Shown: positions 22,961 to 36,246 of the stretch, one piece after another | Position numbering within the stretch: position 1 is the stretch's first letter | Layout of the letters: the number at the start of each line of letters is the position of its first letter | Source of the DNA: Octopus sinensis | Taxonomy: Eukaryota | Length of the DNA: 64,000 bases | Direction of reading: 5' to 3' | Assembly (NCBI RefSeq): GCF_006345805.1 | Contig: NC_043008.1 | Coordinates: 49,600,001-49,664,000, forward strand | Translations under genes and position numbers: made by a program | Notes under the pieces: model-generated | Databases searched by the model: none | The model's input: the letters and a program-made list of their open reading frames with translations, nothing else | What the model was told of the DNA's origin: nothing

Positions 22961-24252
22961 CATATGTTTGCGATAGAGTGGCATGAAAGCCACTACGCAA
23001 TTTTATTATCTTTTCTCCTTAGTAATTTGTATGAAATCATTGCATGTTTGCTTTTAGTTTTTTAATTACTAATATAAATTAATGTTATATCTGATGACAA
23101 TGTATGACCAGGTTTTGTTTTAAACATACTTTGGGGGTTTGGAATTTAACATTAAATCCCCAATGTTAAATTAAAATTAGGGGTAAATATTCTGGAAAAA
23201 AATGTATTATCAAAATTTCTTATCGAAATGAAATAGAAAAAAAATAATAAAGAGCGGAAAAAATGATTTATGGTAAGAAAAAGAAAATTATAATTTAACA
23301 AAGGTTTTAAGGTGTGTTATTTCCTCAATGTTAAATATGCTAAATTAAACGACCTTCAAAATGTCAAGGACACTAAACGACCACAGGTTTGCCGGTTGGT
23401 TGAGGTGATCTGTCTGCTTCGTTGTAAACAGAAATAGCTACACGCGCCGAGAGATCGAACGTTACATGTACGTATTTATAAGAATTATTTATATATTTAT
23501 GCGATACAATGCTACTCTATGTATCTACAGAATGAAAAAGAAACTGAATGTATCATTGAATTATTAATAATAAACCAGTTACAATAAGAAAAGAATCGGT
23601 AATATAGACCAGGGTTTAATATAAAAACCGCAGTTCCTTTCCCCATTGTTTAATTAATGCATTTTTAAAAATTAAATTTCTTCTGTATATATTTACTGTG
23701 TGTGTGAGTTTGGGTATTTTTAAGTAATTTTGATTGCAATAAAACCGTAAACACTGTACGTGCACATACGCACATATTGACATTTTGGAGTGAAAGAAAA
23801 GAAAAAGTCGACTCGGAAACAGTGTGTAGTAGGAGGAAATCTTGTGGGAGGAGACAAGAACCACGAGAAATAGCAGGAAGGAGGAGTGGTATGGGTAAGA
23901 AGCAGTTCTATGCAATGTAAATTTATCAATAGATTGCATACATAAATATATTATATTTATAGCAACCGTTCGGAAGGAGATCCATTTAAGCTCCTGACTT
24001 TCAGCCTTGCACACCACTCGGACAAAAACAAGAGGCACCTGTTGTCTAATCCGTTGGAACTGGTCGGTCTGCTAGTTTTTGTTTAGAGTGGTGTTGCTTG
24101 TCTCTTAACCTCTATCATCATTCTCTCTCTTTTTTTTTTCTTTATCGTTCATCATTTCATCCTTGCTGACAACAGAAGGTGAAGGTTGAATCTGAGAAAG
24201 GCCGAAAGAAGCGACTTCAAAGAGGCAAGAAGACTCATCAGAAAGAAGGACC

Positions 24253-24457
24253 ATGGCTAACAAGGTGTACATAACACGGAGAATTCCACCTGTAGGGATC
24301 GATTTGTTTCGAGAGAAAGGAGTCGAAATCGATTTCTGGGATTCTGACGAAGCCATCCCACACCAAGAATTAGTGAAAAATGTGAAAGGCAAAGGTTACG
24401 CTGGTCTTCTGTGTCTCCTCACTGACCAGGTTGATGCAGAAGTCTTCGAGGCTGCCG
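24253..24457 (+). CDS. GRHPR: Glyoxylate reductase/hydroxypyruvate reductase-like, coding exon 1 (aa 1-68, phase 1)
   Basis: MANKVYITRRIPPVG...WDSDEAIPHQEL...GLLCLLTDQVDAEVFEAAG matches the GRHPR N-terminus; donor G|GTAAGT at 24458; acceptor (pyrimidine tract, CTGAC, AACAG) implies the exon starts at 24176. Confidence 0.93.
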
Positions 24458-26184
24458 GTAAGTTTTGTTCATTATTGTTAACAATAATAATAATTTCTCA
24501 TCGAGAGTCTAGTGTGTGTGTAAACACGCACAATGATATCGTTATGCTTAATTACATGTGCATAGCTTTGTCCTATTTTTTCTTCTTCCAATGAATGAAA
24601 CTTGATGGTGTCTATACAATATGCATGTATGTATTGAAGGCTTTATTTGGGCGATTAATTTTCACGTTTACGCATACCTCGCATTTTAATCTATGTTAGT
24701 CGCCTTAGAAAAATTTGTGTCACCATTCGGACCAAACGCCAAATATTACCTACTTTATTATTTTGTTATCTAAAAAAAAAAAAAACTCCTGCAATTATCA
24801 AATATTATAATTGTCATATGTTTGGTTAGTGTGGTACAGGATGTTGGTGAAAGTTACGACAGCATTTAACCGCCTGGACACTCTAATGTCGCTATTCTAT
24901 ATTACCAACTTAAAGAAGATAGAAAAATAAAATCAAAACTTTTCTATTCGCTAATTTCATTTTGTTTTGCTCTATTGCTCACTAAAAAAAAATCTGTTTT
25001 AGCGCTTTAAGGTCAATGTCCTTATTTTCCTTTTGTACAAAGTATTGGATTTAAAGCAAGTTTGCAGAGTCCGACAAAAATCCTATATATTTACGAGACT
25101 TTGCATTCTTAGTTCAAATCGTCGTCGAAGTCAACTTTTACTTTTTCATTCTTTCTGGGGTCGATAAAAAAAATGTACTAGACATGTACTGCATTGCATC
25201 CTTCTTTGGAATGGAATAATTCTGTTTGATTTTTGGTAAAAAGCCAACAGTTTTGAAACGTGGTTCTTTATTTTATCAACCACTCCAGGAGAAAGAAAAA
25301 AAAAAATTGTCCTCGGCGGAAACTGGACTCAAAATAATAAGTTTCAAATTTTGACCCAGGGCCATCAATTTCGGGGGTGGGGATGGACTTGCCGTATACA
25401 GCATTGAGGTGTACTATTACTGGGCAGAATATTTACCAGTCGCTATTACTTTTGCAAATTGGAAAAAAAAAATCCTAAACATTAAGATACACACCTTCAC
25501 ACACATATGTTAATTAGATCTTGCTCCTAAGGTGTGCTCGTGCGGCAATTATTTATTCTTTTTGTTCTCAGTTTTGTTTAAAAGTATTCGCTTTCGTTCC
25601 TTATTCAAAGGTCAGTATTTCCGAGTATTACTATTTTTGGGTGGGCAGGTAGGGGAATATAGTAGTCCTCGTTGAAATATTCCTTATTGAATTAACTACT
25701 CGATACTAGTTAGTGATCTGGAGGGACTAAACTGCAACTATCACGAGCTAGCGACGAAGTGTCTATGCAGTCGCTTGGCCTGCAAGAAATAGCAGCCAAA
25801 TTTTCTTCGGTTGTAATGGAAGAACGCTAAATATAATTTGAAAAAATTGGCGTGGTCATGGCTGGAGCGGCAATGATTATATATATATATATATATATAT
25901 ATATCCACTCAATAATGGCTAACTTTAAGCTAAAACCCATAGCTACTACTGTGATGGTGAGGATAGTATAGAGCAGTCATCTGCAAAACTGGCACGTCGA
26001 GCGAAAAAATTGTCTTTAGTAATGCCTGCTCATGCCTGGTCCTGAGGATCTTGCGTTCAAATGTCGTATCAGATATATTCCAATGAAAGCGTGTTATCTA
26101 ATCTATACAGCACTAGAAGTGACTCGAGGGCCCAGAGTTTCGTTCCTAGCACTTTTAAAAAATTTTTTAGTTTAAGTGCTGTAC

Positions 26185-26471
26185 GAAAATTCTAGACCCT
26201 TTATGTAACTTGACTCTTAAAAATTGTTATCAACTTGGCGCATTGATTTCTTCCACTCACACACAGATATTCAGACCAAGTCCGAATGCTTAGATTATGC
26301 GTGGATTCCGCTAAATACCACATCTGGTCCAGCAGGTGGTGGCGATAAACCGCGGAATCCACTCATAATCTAAGCATTCGGACTTGGTCTCAGTGTGTGT
26401 GTTGAAGAGATCAATGCACCAAGTCGATAACAATTTTTAAGTGTAAAGTTACATATGGGTCTAGAATTTTC
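26185..26471. repeat. Intronic hairpin, ~125-bp arms, 40-nt loop
   Basis: 26185-26311 pairs with 26352-26471; inner AGACCAAGTCCGAATGCTTAGATTATG(C/A)GTGGATTCCGC has one mismatch. Confidence 0.85.
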
Positions 26472-27659
26472 TAGATTTACTTTTAAATCTGTCGCATAAT
26501 TATTATCTAGTGTAGTCTTCAATTATATTTTTTGCTTTATCATATCTGACTAGTGTTGCTTGTTTTAATTACAGATAATCCTCAAATGGGTTATTAATAT
26601 TAGTGTAAAATATAGAAGAGAATTTTATACTTTCTACTACAGGGATTCCCTAACCAGGGTAGGCAAGATTTGTAAAAACTAGTTGTAAAGCAATCGCATT
26701 CAACTTTTCAATTATGCATCTTGCGATTTACTAAACTCTTGAAGTTTTGTCTTCCAAACTTAATTAATAGCAATTTATACATGTCTGGATTACGGTATCC
26801 AACTATTTTACAATCTGTTTTCTTCACACGGGCTACACCAACACGGATGTAATGAAGGGGTACTTGAGTGAAAAAAGAAAAATTAAGGTGCGCCTCTTTT
26901 CGATGACATCACGTACGCCACCGATATAATTACAACAGCCATATACACCATACAATCATATCAACTTCCGCGGTATATTTTGAGTTCTTGTAGATATATA
27001 TTGAATGCTCGAAATGTGTAGACAGACAGCCGACAACTGATGAAGGGTCGTTTCTCTGTTTACTTCTCATTTTTCCCATTTTTTTCCTTTCGTTGTTTGC
27101 ATATTTAACTCGTTTTCGTATTTCATGTTGTTTACACAGTTGGTGACGTCCTGTATATAACACACACACACGTAATGTACATGCATAGTGATGCAGACAA
27201 GAGAAATAGAACTCAAAATATGAGTATATGTATATTTTTATTAATATTTAGCAGAAATAATAATGATAGAAGGGCTGAGAGTTTCTTGCGTTAGCGTTTG
27301 ATAAATGCCAAAGCACGAAACTTTTGGCCCTTGAGACACTGTGTTGCCTCTGCTGAATGAAATATATATATAAGGCATCAGTTTTTGGTGCAAATTTATA
27401 TATGAAAGTCTTTTTAAGAATCTGTTTACTTTCTCTTCCTGTTTGTAATCGAGGAAATAACATTAGTAAACATACCGACTCGCATTCATAGACATTTCAG
27501 ATAGCTTACCAGAATAATCTGATAAGTGCCGACAAATAGCTCTCTGTTGCGCACATACCAATTAATGCACTCACTCACTCACTCACACACACACTAACGA
27601 ATGCTTGCTCACTCACATACACACTCGTTCTACCCGCCCTCTTCCACAAAACCATCAGG

Positions 27660-27770
27660 CGCCCCCTCCCTCTCTCTTTCTCTCCCCCCTCTCTCTCTTT
27701 CTCTCCCCCCTCTCTCTCTTTCTCTCCCCCCTCTCTCTCTTTCTCTCCCCCCCTCTCTCTCTCTCTCTCA
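27660..27770. repeat. ~21-bp pyrimidine tandem repeat (CCCCCC-TCTCTCTC-TTTCTCT) x4-5
   Basis: Read directly; EREGGEK repeats in the minus ORF track. Confidence 0.8.
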
Positions 27771-30700
27771 CACACACACATCAGTGAATGCGCATACATT
27801 CTTTCTTGCACACCAACTAACGCACACATATAGACACATTGTCACGTACACCAGCACTTACATTTTCTCCCCCTCCCTTTCTCTCTCTCACTCAGACACA
27901 CACACACTGTGCATAGCTACCATATCACACACTTGACAGTTCGTTTTTGTTTCGTTATTCTTTTGCTTTTGTTTTACTTTCACTTCCTCTATTTTGCTTT
28001 TTTAAATAAGATTATTTGTAATTTTAAAAGCCCTCACGTAAAGTACCCACTTAGAAACAAGGAAGTCTCTATGAGGTCATTACATTTGCTAAAAACTGCA
28101 GCCAAATCTCCCTTACGTCGCACGATATGCTTTCTAAAAATCATATCAAATATTGTAGGGACCAAAACGGTTAAGGAAAAGAAAATCTTGTCCTTTTCCT
28201 TCCTCTAGAGATCTGGGATATCTTGGGCAAGTGTCTTCAACTATAGCCTCAAGCTAACCAAAGCCTTGTGACTGAATTTGGTAGACGGAAACTGAAACAA
28301 GCCTGTCCTATATATGTCTGTATCTGTTCCCCACCATTGTTAATGCTTATCTTAAAATTCGGGGTTAATGCACAATTTTTGTTTCAGTCATTTGACTGCG
28401 GCTATGCTGGAGCACCGCCTTTAGTCGAGCAAATCGACTCCAGGACTTATTCTTTGAAAGCCTAGTACTTATTCTATCGGTCTCTTGCCGAACCGCTAAG
28501 TTACGGGGACGTAAACCAGTATCAGTTGTCAAGCGATGTTGGGGACAAACGTATACATATATTATATATGATGGGCTTCTTTCAGTTTCCGTCTACCAAA
28601 TCCACTCACAAGGCTTTGGTCGGCTATAGTAGAAGACACTTGCTCAATGTACCACTCAATGGAACTGAACCCGGAACCATGTGGTTGGTAAGCAAGTTAC
28701 TTACCACAACTTAAAAAAAAAATTGCATTTATTGGTTTTAAACAATGTTAAACATCAAATATATCGATAGCTTGAAGTGGAACGAAGGAAGCTTTGGAAA
28801 AAGTTTTGAAAGACTTTCCAAAAGATAGACATCTATATAATTGCAAGCCTTCAATTACCAAATAAATGGAGAAGCTACTGAGATAAAACTTCACAGAATT
28901 CTTCTGTGTTATTTTTCTTCTTCTTTATTCTGTAATTGGTATGTTTTGTGTTCCATGTAAATGTGTCTCGAGTTTACCTTGTTTATCTACCTCATGACCT
29001 CTCTATATTAAGTACATTCGAAACACACCTTGATCATATGACAACGCGGAATCCTTTTTAAGTGATCCCGCAGGCTGCTGTATAATAAAAAATTAAAAAA
29101 TACACAATCTCTTCTGCCTTGAAAACATGTGAGGACACCTTGAATTATATATTTCTAGACATAGAACAAATGAGCTGGTCACGACTGGAATGGTTTTGAT
29201 CATTGGGCTAACATTGAGTAAATTACTACCACAATTATACTCTTCCTATATATATACGCACGCACGCGCGAGCTTGTCTATGTCTAAGTGTGTGTTATTG
29301 CTCTTAAAAATTTTAATTTCGAAATTATTCACTTAATATCAAGCAATTTGTCACTCCTTATTCAACAGGTGCAGTTGCTATGTCAATTATATATAAGCCA
29401 CTTCTGTTCATGTACTTGTAAGTCACGTTTGTGTTTTGCAGCGTGTCTAAGCTGCTAATTGGCTCTGATATGCAGAGGAAATCCTATACAACGGCGCCGG
29501 AAATTTAGTTCCTTGGAAAAATGAAAGTGTGGAATTTCTTCGGATCGGCTTTTAACCCATTACCTGTCCTGTGTATTAGATGTGACACACAGGACGTATT
29601 TCCCAGGGGTTCATGCATCATATGGTACACATTCTCAATTTCTTTTCAATCGCCCGATTGACTTGGGACTTACCGAAGGAAAGCTTGATATTACTCAGAA
29701 CGTGAAAAGCAAAGGCTTTTCTTAAGTCTGAAAACTAGTATGGACATTTAGGCTAAACTTGTGAAAAGTGCTTTGGACAGGCAAACTGATGCCTTTCCTT
29801 TTGGTGTTATTTTCAGTTTTTACTTGAAGATTTGTAGGGAGTGGGGAGGAATGGAAAGCAACCATCATCATTTTTTTTTTTCAATGCAGATTCGTAATTT
29901 ATGGTGCTTAAAATACACAGATCCGAAGAAATTGCGGATTTTGGCGCACTAGATTATTTCCGACTCTATTCTACAAGAATGCTTTCGTTATTGAAAACTG
30001 GCAGTTAGAGCTGTAGCCCCTAGATCTACCTTAATTCAGTCAATCATTCCAGCCGTGACCATCTGAACTTTTGTGATACACCATAAAAGTTTTTAAAATT
30101 TGATTTTGAAAGATTTGGCTGCTGTTTCTGAGAGGGTGGCCATTCACGGAAAGGCTCCTTCGCTGTTTCGCTATGTTAATGGATTGTATACTTACATATG
30201 TTTAGCTTGTTGCTATTATTCTTCAGCCTCTGATAGGTCCTATTATCAGAAATTCCAACCTAAAAGATTAAATGCTATATTTAGTGGGTCGAGTGAAGCA
30301 GATTTTTCTACACCCAAATGCTCTCGGTCACCAACCCTCTCCTGTTTCCAAGTAAAAGAAATCTGTCTGAATGTCACTAAATTCTGTATATATTAAATAG
30401 CTTTTGCTGTCCCTTATATAATTTTTCTATTTAAATCCGAGATTGTAGTTTAGCTACCGCAAGACACGTATTGTTAAAGGTGTTCCAAATGTGACCACCT
30501 TTTATTTTCAAACCTATATCCATCTCTCTTTTTTGTGATATACTTGTTTGATTTAAGGAAGACTTGGCTGCTATTTCTAACTACCCAAGGGACGAAATAG
30601 TGTTCCTCATTACATTGCTGTCTGTAAGAGGTTTGTGAGAAACTCTTTTCCCTAATTTTGTAGAATGACTACAAAGTTCTTGGACAAGCAAACCTGCGAA

Positions 30701-30989
30701 CTGGTTTCGATTCCCGTTTGATTATAATGTAGTTTTTCATTATCAATGTGTGCGTGGCTGTCCCTTATATTCTAAATATAGTCGGGAGGTATCGATATCC
30801 AACAGGGTGATTAATTATCATAAATTATTCTAATCATGGTCTGCATGTGAATCGGCAAAATATCCTGATAAATGGTGCGACCTTCACCTTGGCTGATTAG
30901 CAAATTTCATGTTTGGTGAAGTTGTTTAATCTCAGGCCAACCTCGACGAAGTAGACGTTTCATCGAAGCTTTCCTGGCGTGACCATCCG

Positions 30990-31020
<31 letters not shown>

Positions 31021-31723
31021 AGAGGGAAATCTACGACCATTTTACCTAATGGGTTTTTTAATTTTTCTTAAAACTGTAGTATGATTTGAAAGATGAGGCT
31101 GTTAAATTCCTAGCAGGATGCGAAGCCACGTAGAGGTTCCCAATATTAGTTAAAAAGCTAACATATGCAGTCATTTAACAACTTTCGTTGCGCTGATATT
31201 TATAACAATGGCGGTCGTAACGGAGCCATTGACGGTTATGACCTTGGTGACCTTCACCTTGATCGACACTACAGCTTTCAGACAACGGCTGCAAATGCGA
31301 ATTTAACCATGACCTTTTGATTAGTCATGAAATTATTATTATTATTATTATTATTTTGGGAAAGTGACGTTTATAACTTTTTAGAACCTCCTTGGTTGCT
31401 GGGTGGGGAGGAAGTTGCTTGCCACAGTGTGGACTCAGCTAAATGTAGCCGTTATCAAGGTGTTAGCATTAAACCAGGTGGTTAAGTATCGATTATTGAA
31501 TAGTAAATATGCTCATCAAAAGAAATAAATATATACTTCACATGTGTGAAAGTGAGTAAGGCTACACTTTTATTGTTGTTAAGTAAACATAGCACAGAAG
31601 CAATAGGCTTAACGCATCATCGTCACCACCAGCATTTAACACTCACTCTGCCATGCTTGCATGAGTCGGACGGAATTTGCTCTTCCTCCCACCAAACCTC
31701 GCCTGTTTCCCAGTAAAGTAGTA

Positions 31724-32658
31724 TTGGGTTGGTGCATAATTATTGCGGCTTTTTTTTTTTTTTCAAATTTTATTCAACAAAAACAATAACAAGGCGATCT
31801 TCCGTCTCTAGTAGACCTTTCCGTCGATTTCCGTAAAAATTTTTTTTTTTACATATGGGCTTGCGGGAACTTTTGAAGTAATGTACATACACATACACCG
31901 AGTAAAAAATTTCAGTTATCTCTTTCTTTCACACATTACTCTGTCTCTTCACACACACTAACAGAAGCACTTCACTTACACAACATACTGTCTGTCTCCC
32001 ACACCCCATCAAACACACACACACATGTACATCAATGCTTCCCATGCACGGTAACTTCAAAAGAATTTCCCTCGTCATGCAATCGCTTTCTCTTAGTCTC
32101 TTTCGCTCTCATTACTTCAAAAGTTCCCGCAAGCCCATATGTAAAAAAAAAAAAATTTTTTTACGGAAATCGACGGAAAGGTCTACTAGAGACGAAAGAT
32201 TGCCCAATAACAATATTTAACAATATTTCGTTTTTGGAATTGGTTTGCAAGATTCTTTATATGACTTCGTATGTTGAAGCATATTCTGTTGTGTCTGGTG
32301 AGTCATTTTCTTTTTGTGCCTTATAATGTAACACACTCTGAGAGTCAAGACTATTGAAAAGGTTGCAAGACGAAACGAAAATTTTAGGAGAATAAAAATA
32401 TGAAATAAGTGGAAATTTTACCGGTGAGTGTTACATTGTAAGGCACAAAAAGAAAATAACTCTCTCCAGACACAACAGTATATTTAACAAAACATCTTTA
32501 AATGATGGTCTGATCGTCTGCCAAGCAAACAGAAAGCAGTAATTGAAGTAAATGGTGAATATGCTCCGGAATAATCATTTAAAAATGTTTTTGTTTTTGT
32601 TGAATAAAATTTGAAGAAAACCCCCCAAAAAGCCTGCAGTAATTATGCACCAATCCAA
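31724..32658. mobile_element. Mariner-derived MITE hosting nested insertions
   Basis: TA|TTGGGTTGGTGCATAATTATTGC ... GCAGTAATTATGCACCAATCCAA|TA (Hsmar1-like TIR); remnant RLPSKQKAVIEVNGEYAPE*. Confidence 0.8.
31793..32204. mobile_element. Mutator-like MITE, 412 bp
   Basis: ~90-bp TIRs GGCGATCTTCCGTCTCTAGTAGACC... / ...GGTCTACTAGAGACGAAAGATTGCC and exact 9-bp TSD CAATAACAA (31784-31792, 32205-32213). Confidence 0.85.
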
Positions 32659-33845
32659 TATTTCTTCATCGTTATGTGACGGTTATGTACATTTACAACC
32701 ATCATGGGACATTAAAACTAGACACACACGAGCACTATATGCTTCTTTCGGTTTCCGCTGACCAAATTGATTCATAAGGCTTTGTTCAGCCTGTTGCTGT
32801 AATAGAAGACACCTTTCCCAAGATGCCATTCACTAGAGCTAAACTTAAACTCCTGTGGTTGGGAAGCAACTTCTCTGCAGCACAGCCAATATATGTGAAT
32901 TGCTGCTTTTTTTAAGTGTATTATTTCAATGTTACATTGTGTTGGCTGATAATCTAATTATAGTCTGGAGAACAGTAGAGCATATAAATGCATTTGAGCT
33001 GTGTGTGTGTGTGTGTGAAGAACTAGTAAGAGCTGACAACAATCTTCATTTTTAGTCATATTTTTCTCTCTTTTTTTATTGCAGCTTGATCTAGCAGAAG
33101 GGGGTTGCGCAGTGGCTCCTGTCAGCTCTTTGTGACCAGTATTGCTTTTGTGGTTGATGTTTTATTGTGATAAACTGTAGGTCAACAATTACAAAGAAGG
33201 GAGTTCCATTGGGGTGACATTACAGAGAAAGAGGTTTGGGTATAGAGGTTAGTGCAGGGCCTAGTGACAGGGTAGAGTAGCTACCAGATGGACAGAGGTA
33301 GGATTTCTGTGAGATTTTACTAGTTTCAGTCATTAGACTGTGGCCATGCTGGGGCACTGCTTTCAATTTTTTGTCAATGGAATTGACCCCAGCCTTTTTT
33401 TTTTTTTTTTTTTTTTTTAAAAGCCTGATAGCAGTTTGGCAAAAGACCACTAGAATAACTAAGTTACAGGGACATAAACACACCAACACTTGTTGTCAAG
33501 CAGTGATCACACCTGCATGCATGCACGAAGGGCTTCTTTCAGTTTCTACCAAATCCCCTCACAAGTCTTAGGTTGGCCTGAGGCTATAGTAGAAGGCACT
33601 TTCCCTAGGTACTGTGCAGTGGGAGTGAACCTGGAACCATGTAGTTGGGAAGCAAACTGCTTACCGCACAGCCAGCCCTGCACCTGATTTCTATGATCTG
33701 AGTGGTGAAATTTCTACAAGGTCAGTTTGCTGTGTAGAGCAGGAATTGTAATATTAACGAGAAAAAGCAGTCGAGTGGCAGTAGGTCTGCATGGTGGAGT
33801 GTGTTGGTAAGCGACACCAGGCCAATTAACTGCTAGCTAATTATA

Positions 33846-33925
33846 CAAGGTGTGGCAAAAAAAACCTCCCTGATCCAAACTAATGACTGTAAAAAAAAAT
33901 ATGGAAGGTTTTCTGTTGCACCCTG
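33846..33925. mobile_element. 80-bp Tc1/mariner-type mini-MITE
   Basis: TA|CAAGGTGTGGCAAAAAAAACCT ... AGGTTTTCTGTTGCACCCTG|TA. Confidence 0.55.
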
Positions 33926-34877
33926 TATGATCTTTATTTTTAACTAATGATGTAGTATTATCCAATACAGGTGCAATATCCAGCACTTTCATAATATTGA
34001 TTATGTAATAACTTTGTGATCTAATCTATTGGGTTGCCATGACCGTAGAAGCAATTATGATGCTACACTAAGATCTGGCCTTCAACTTGGTATAATTAAT
34101 AATGTGAATAACGATTTCTTTTAATTGCCACCGGGGGGAAGGATGAGGAGGAAACTACACATAAAGTGTTGGTTTACATATAATGAAATGACAAATGATG
34201 GTGTGTTTATGTCCTTATAACTTAGCAGTTTGACAAGAGACCGGTAGGATAAGTACAAGGCTTACAAAGAATAAGACCTGGTGTCGATTTATTCGACTAA
34301 AGGTGGTGCTGCAGCATGGCCATGGTCAAATGACTGAGACAAGTAAGATATATATATATATATATATAATGTAGTTGTCGGCCATCACTATCATATAACG
34401 TCTAACAAGCTGTCCACAAGGCTTGGCTTTGTGGGTGCGAAGCCTTGGGTAACTCTATATAAAATTTTGTAATATATAGCATAGAAAGTATACACTGCAT
34501 ACAATAAAACAAAGAAGGGGAGCATAGTATACAACAGTAAAAAAAAGAAACCCTTTATACAGGATGATCTTTAGGGATAATCAAGGAACCCTTCTCTGAA
34601 AGATCTCCTTGTACACTAAGGCCTAGTGATCTCTTCAGTTCCTCTTCTTTAACTCAAGGCCTATACTGTGAGCCTGGAAAAGTCAATGAGGGCTCTACGA
34701 AAGAGGAATGTCTCTGTCCTCTAACCTTTCAGCCTCGTCCACCAGGCAACCTCTTTTGTCACTGCTACCAGGTAAAGGAAAACTACCTTACCTGCCCAAC
34801 TAAAGGAAGGTGGCAGGGCAGTCTTCACTATGAACTCGGCTGACAGACAGATCGGTTCCATTCATGAAAGCAGTTGT

Positions 34878-35028
34878 TTTGACATAACTGCTTTCATGTA
34901 TTTGACATAACTGCTTTCATGTATTTGACATAACTGCTTTCATGTATTTGACATAACTGCTTTCATGTATTTGACATAACTGCTTTCATGTATTTGACAT
35001 AACTGCTTTCATGTATTTGACATAACTG
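34878..35028. repeat. Perfect 23-bp minisatellite TTTGACATAACTGCTTTCATGTA, 6 full copies plus a partial
   Basis: Units counted at 34878, 34901, 34924, 34947, 34970, 34993; partial 35016-35028. Confidence 0.95.
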
Positions 35029-35459
35029 TGGAGTTATGTTTTGACATAAATTTGAAACCAGTTTAGTTGATTACACCCCCCCTCTGTCAGTACTCAACTG
35101 GTACTTAATTTATTGACCCCAAAAGGATGAAAGGCAAAGTCAACCTCAGTGGAATTTGAACTCTGAATATAGCGATGAGTGAAATACCACTCAGCATTTT
35201 GTCCAGTTTGGTGCTATAATAATAATAATCCTTTCTACTAAAGGCACAAGGCCTGAAATTTGGAGGTGAGGAGACTAGTTGATTACATCGCCCTCCCCCC
35301 CACTTCCCTACCCTAGTGTTTTGCTGGTACTTAATATATTGACCTCGGCGGAATTTGAATTCGGAACATAGCAACAGGCAAAATACTGCTATGCATTTCG
35401 TCCAGCATGCTAACTATTCTGCCAGTTTGCCTTCATAATAATAATAATAATAATACTGA

Positions 35460-35770
35460 ACTTATTGTATACAGTGCTCAGGTACAGTACAATTCCTCAA
35501 AATTAGCCAAATGTGCAGGAACAGTTCATAGAATATGGACAGGTGAACAGTGCTGAAGTCCTTAAGAAAAGGTGAGGAGCCTCAAGCGTGCTATTGATGA
35601 ATTTCAGGAAGCATGGGAATTTTGAAAGATGTAGTGTCTTGACAGCTAACATCTGATACGGGTAGTTTATTCCGTGCTTCCTTAATTCTGAGTTTGTAAA
35701 GAAAAATTTCCAAAAGTCATGTGTGCTGTGTTGTTTTTCGATCTTTGTAAGCATGTCCAACCGTCCACTA
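35460..35770 (-). pseudogene. CR1-like LINE 3' remnant (related piece ~43910-44200)
   Basis: Minus peptide KQHSTHDFWKFFFT... resembles a CR1 ORF2 C-terminus; shared TTATTGTATAC.GTG.TCAGG end. Confidence 0.4.
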
Positions 35771-36246
35771 TGTGGACTTTTGTTCCAGAGATGTAATAAA
35801 AGAAAGACCAGAAGATAAGTTTTAGTTCAAATACTGTGATCAGATATGGTTTTTATGATGTGTGTGTGTAGTTGTAAGGTGTGTGCGCACACACACACGG
35901 ATTTGGATATTAAAATATACGAGTATATTTTTTGTGCATATTTATATATTTGTGGATTTTTATAAGTATTTGTTTGTGCATATGTGTGGATGTGAGTGTG
36001 TATATATGTGTAAGAATCTAATTTGTTAGTGTAATGTAAATTAAGCCCAAACGGAACTCATTAGGTGATGACAATTTTATTCCCTGCTAACCTTCAGACT
36101 GACCCACCCTAGGCGCCACACATCAATATGTAAACCTCACATTCTATTCTACTCTTTGACAAAATTCTCACTCATTTAGTTCATTTCTGCTCTCCAGGGT
36201 ACACCCTCTTTACTCAATCTTTACCTTGAAATGGAATACCTCTACA

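Noticed and set aside
27005-27050. CTCGAAA...CTGATGAAGG, a second hammerhead-like core
   Set aside because: No stem I, II or III can be paired in any permutation.
34878-35028. CRISPR-like 23-bp direct repeats
   Set aside because: No spacers, no cas genes, eukaryotic context; a plain tandem repeat.
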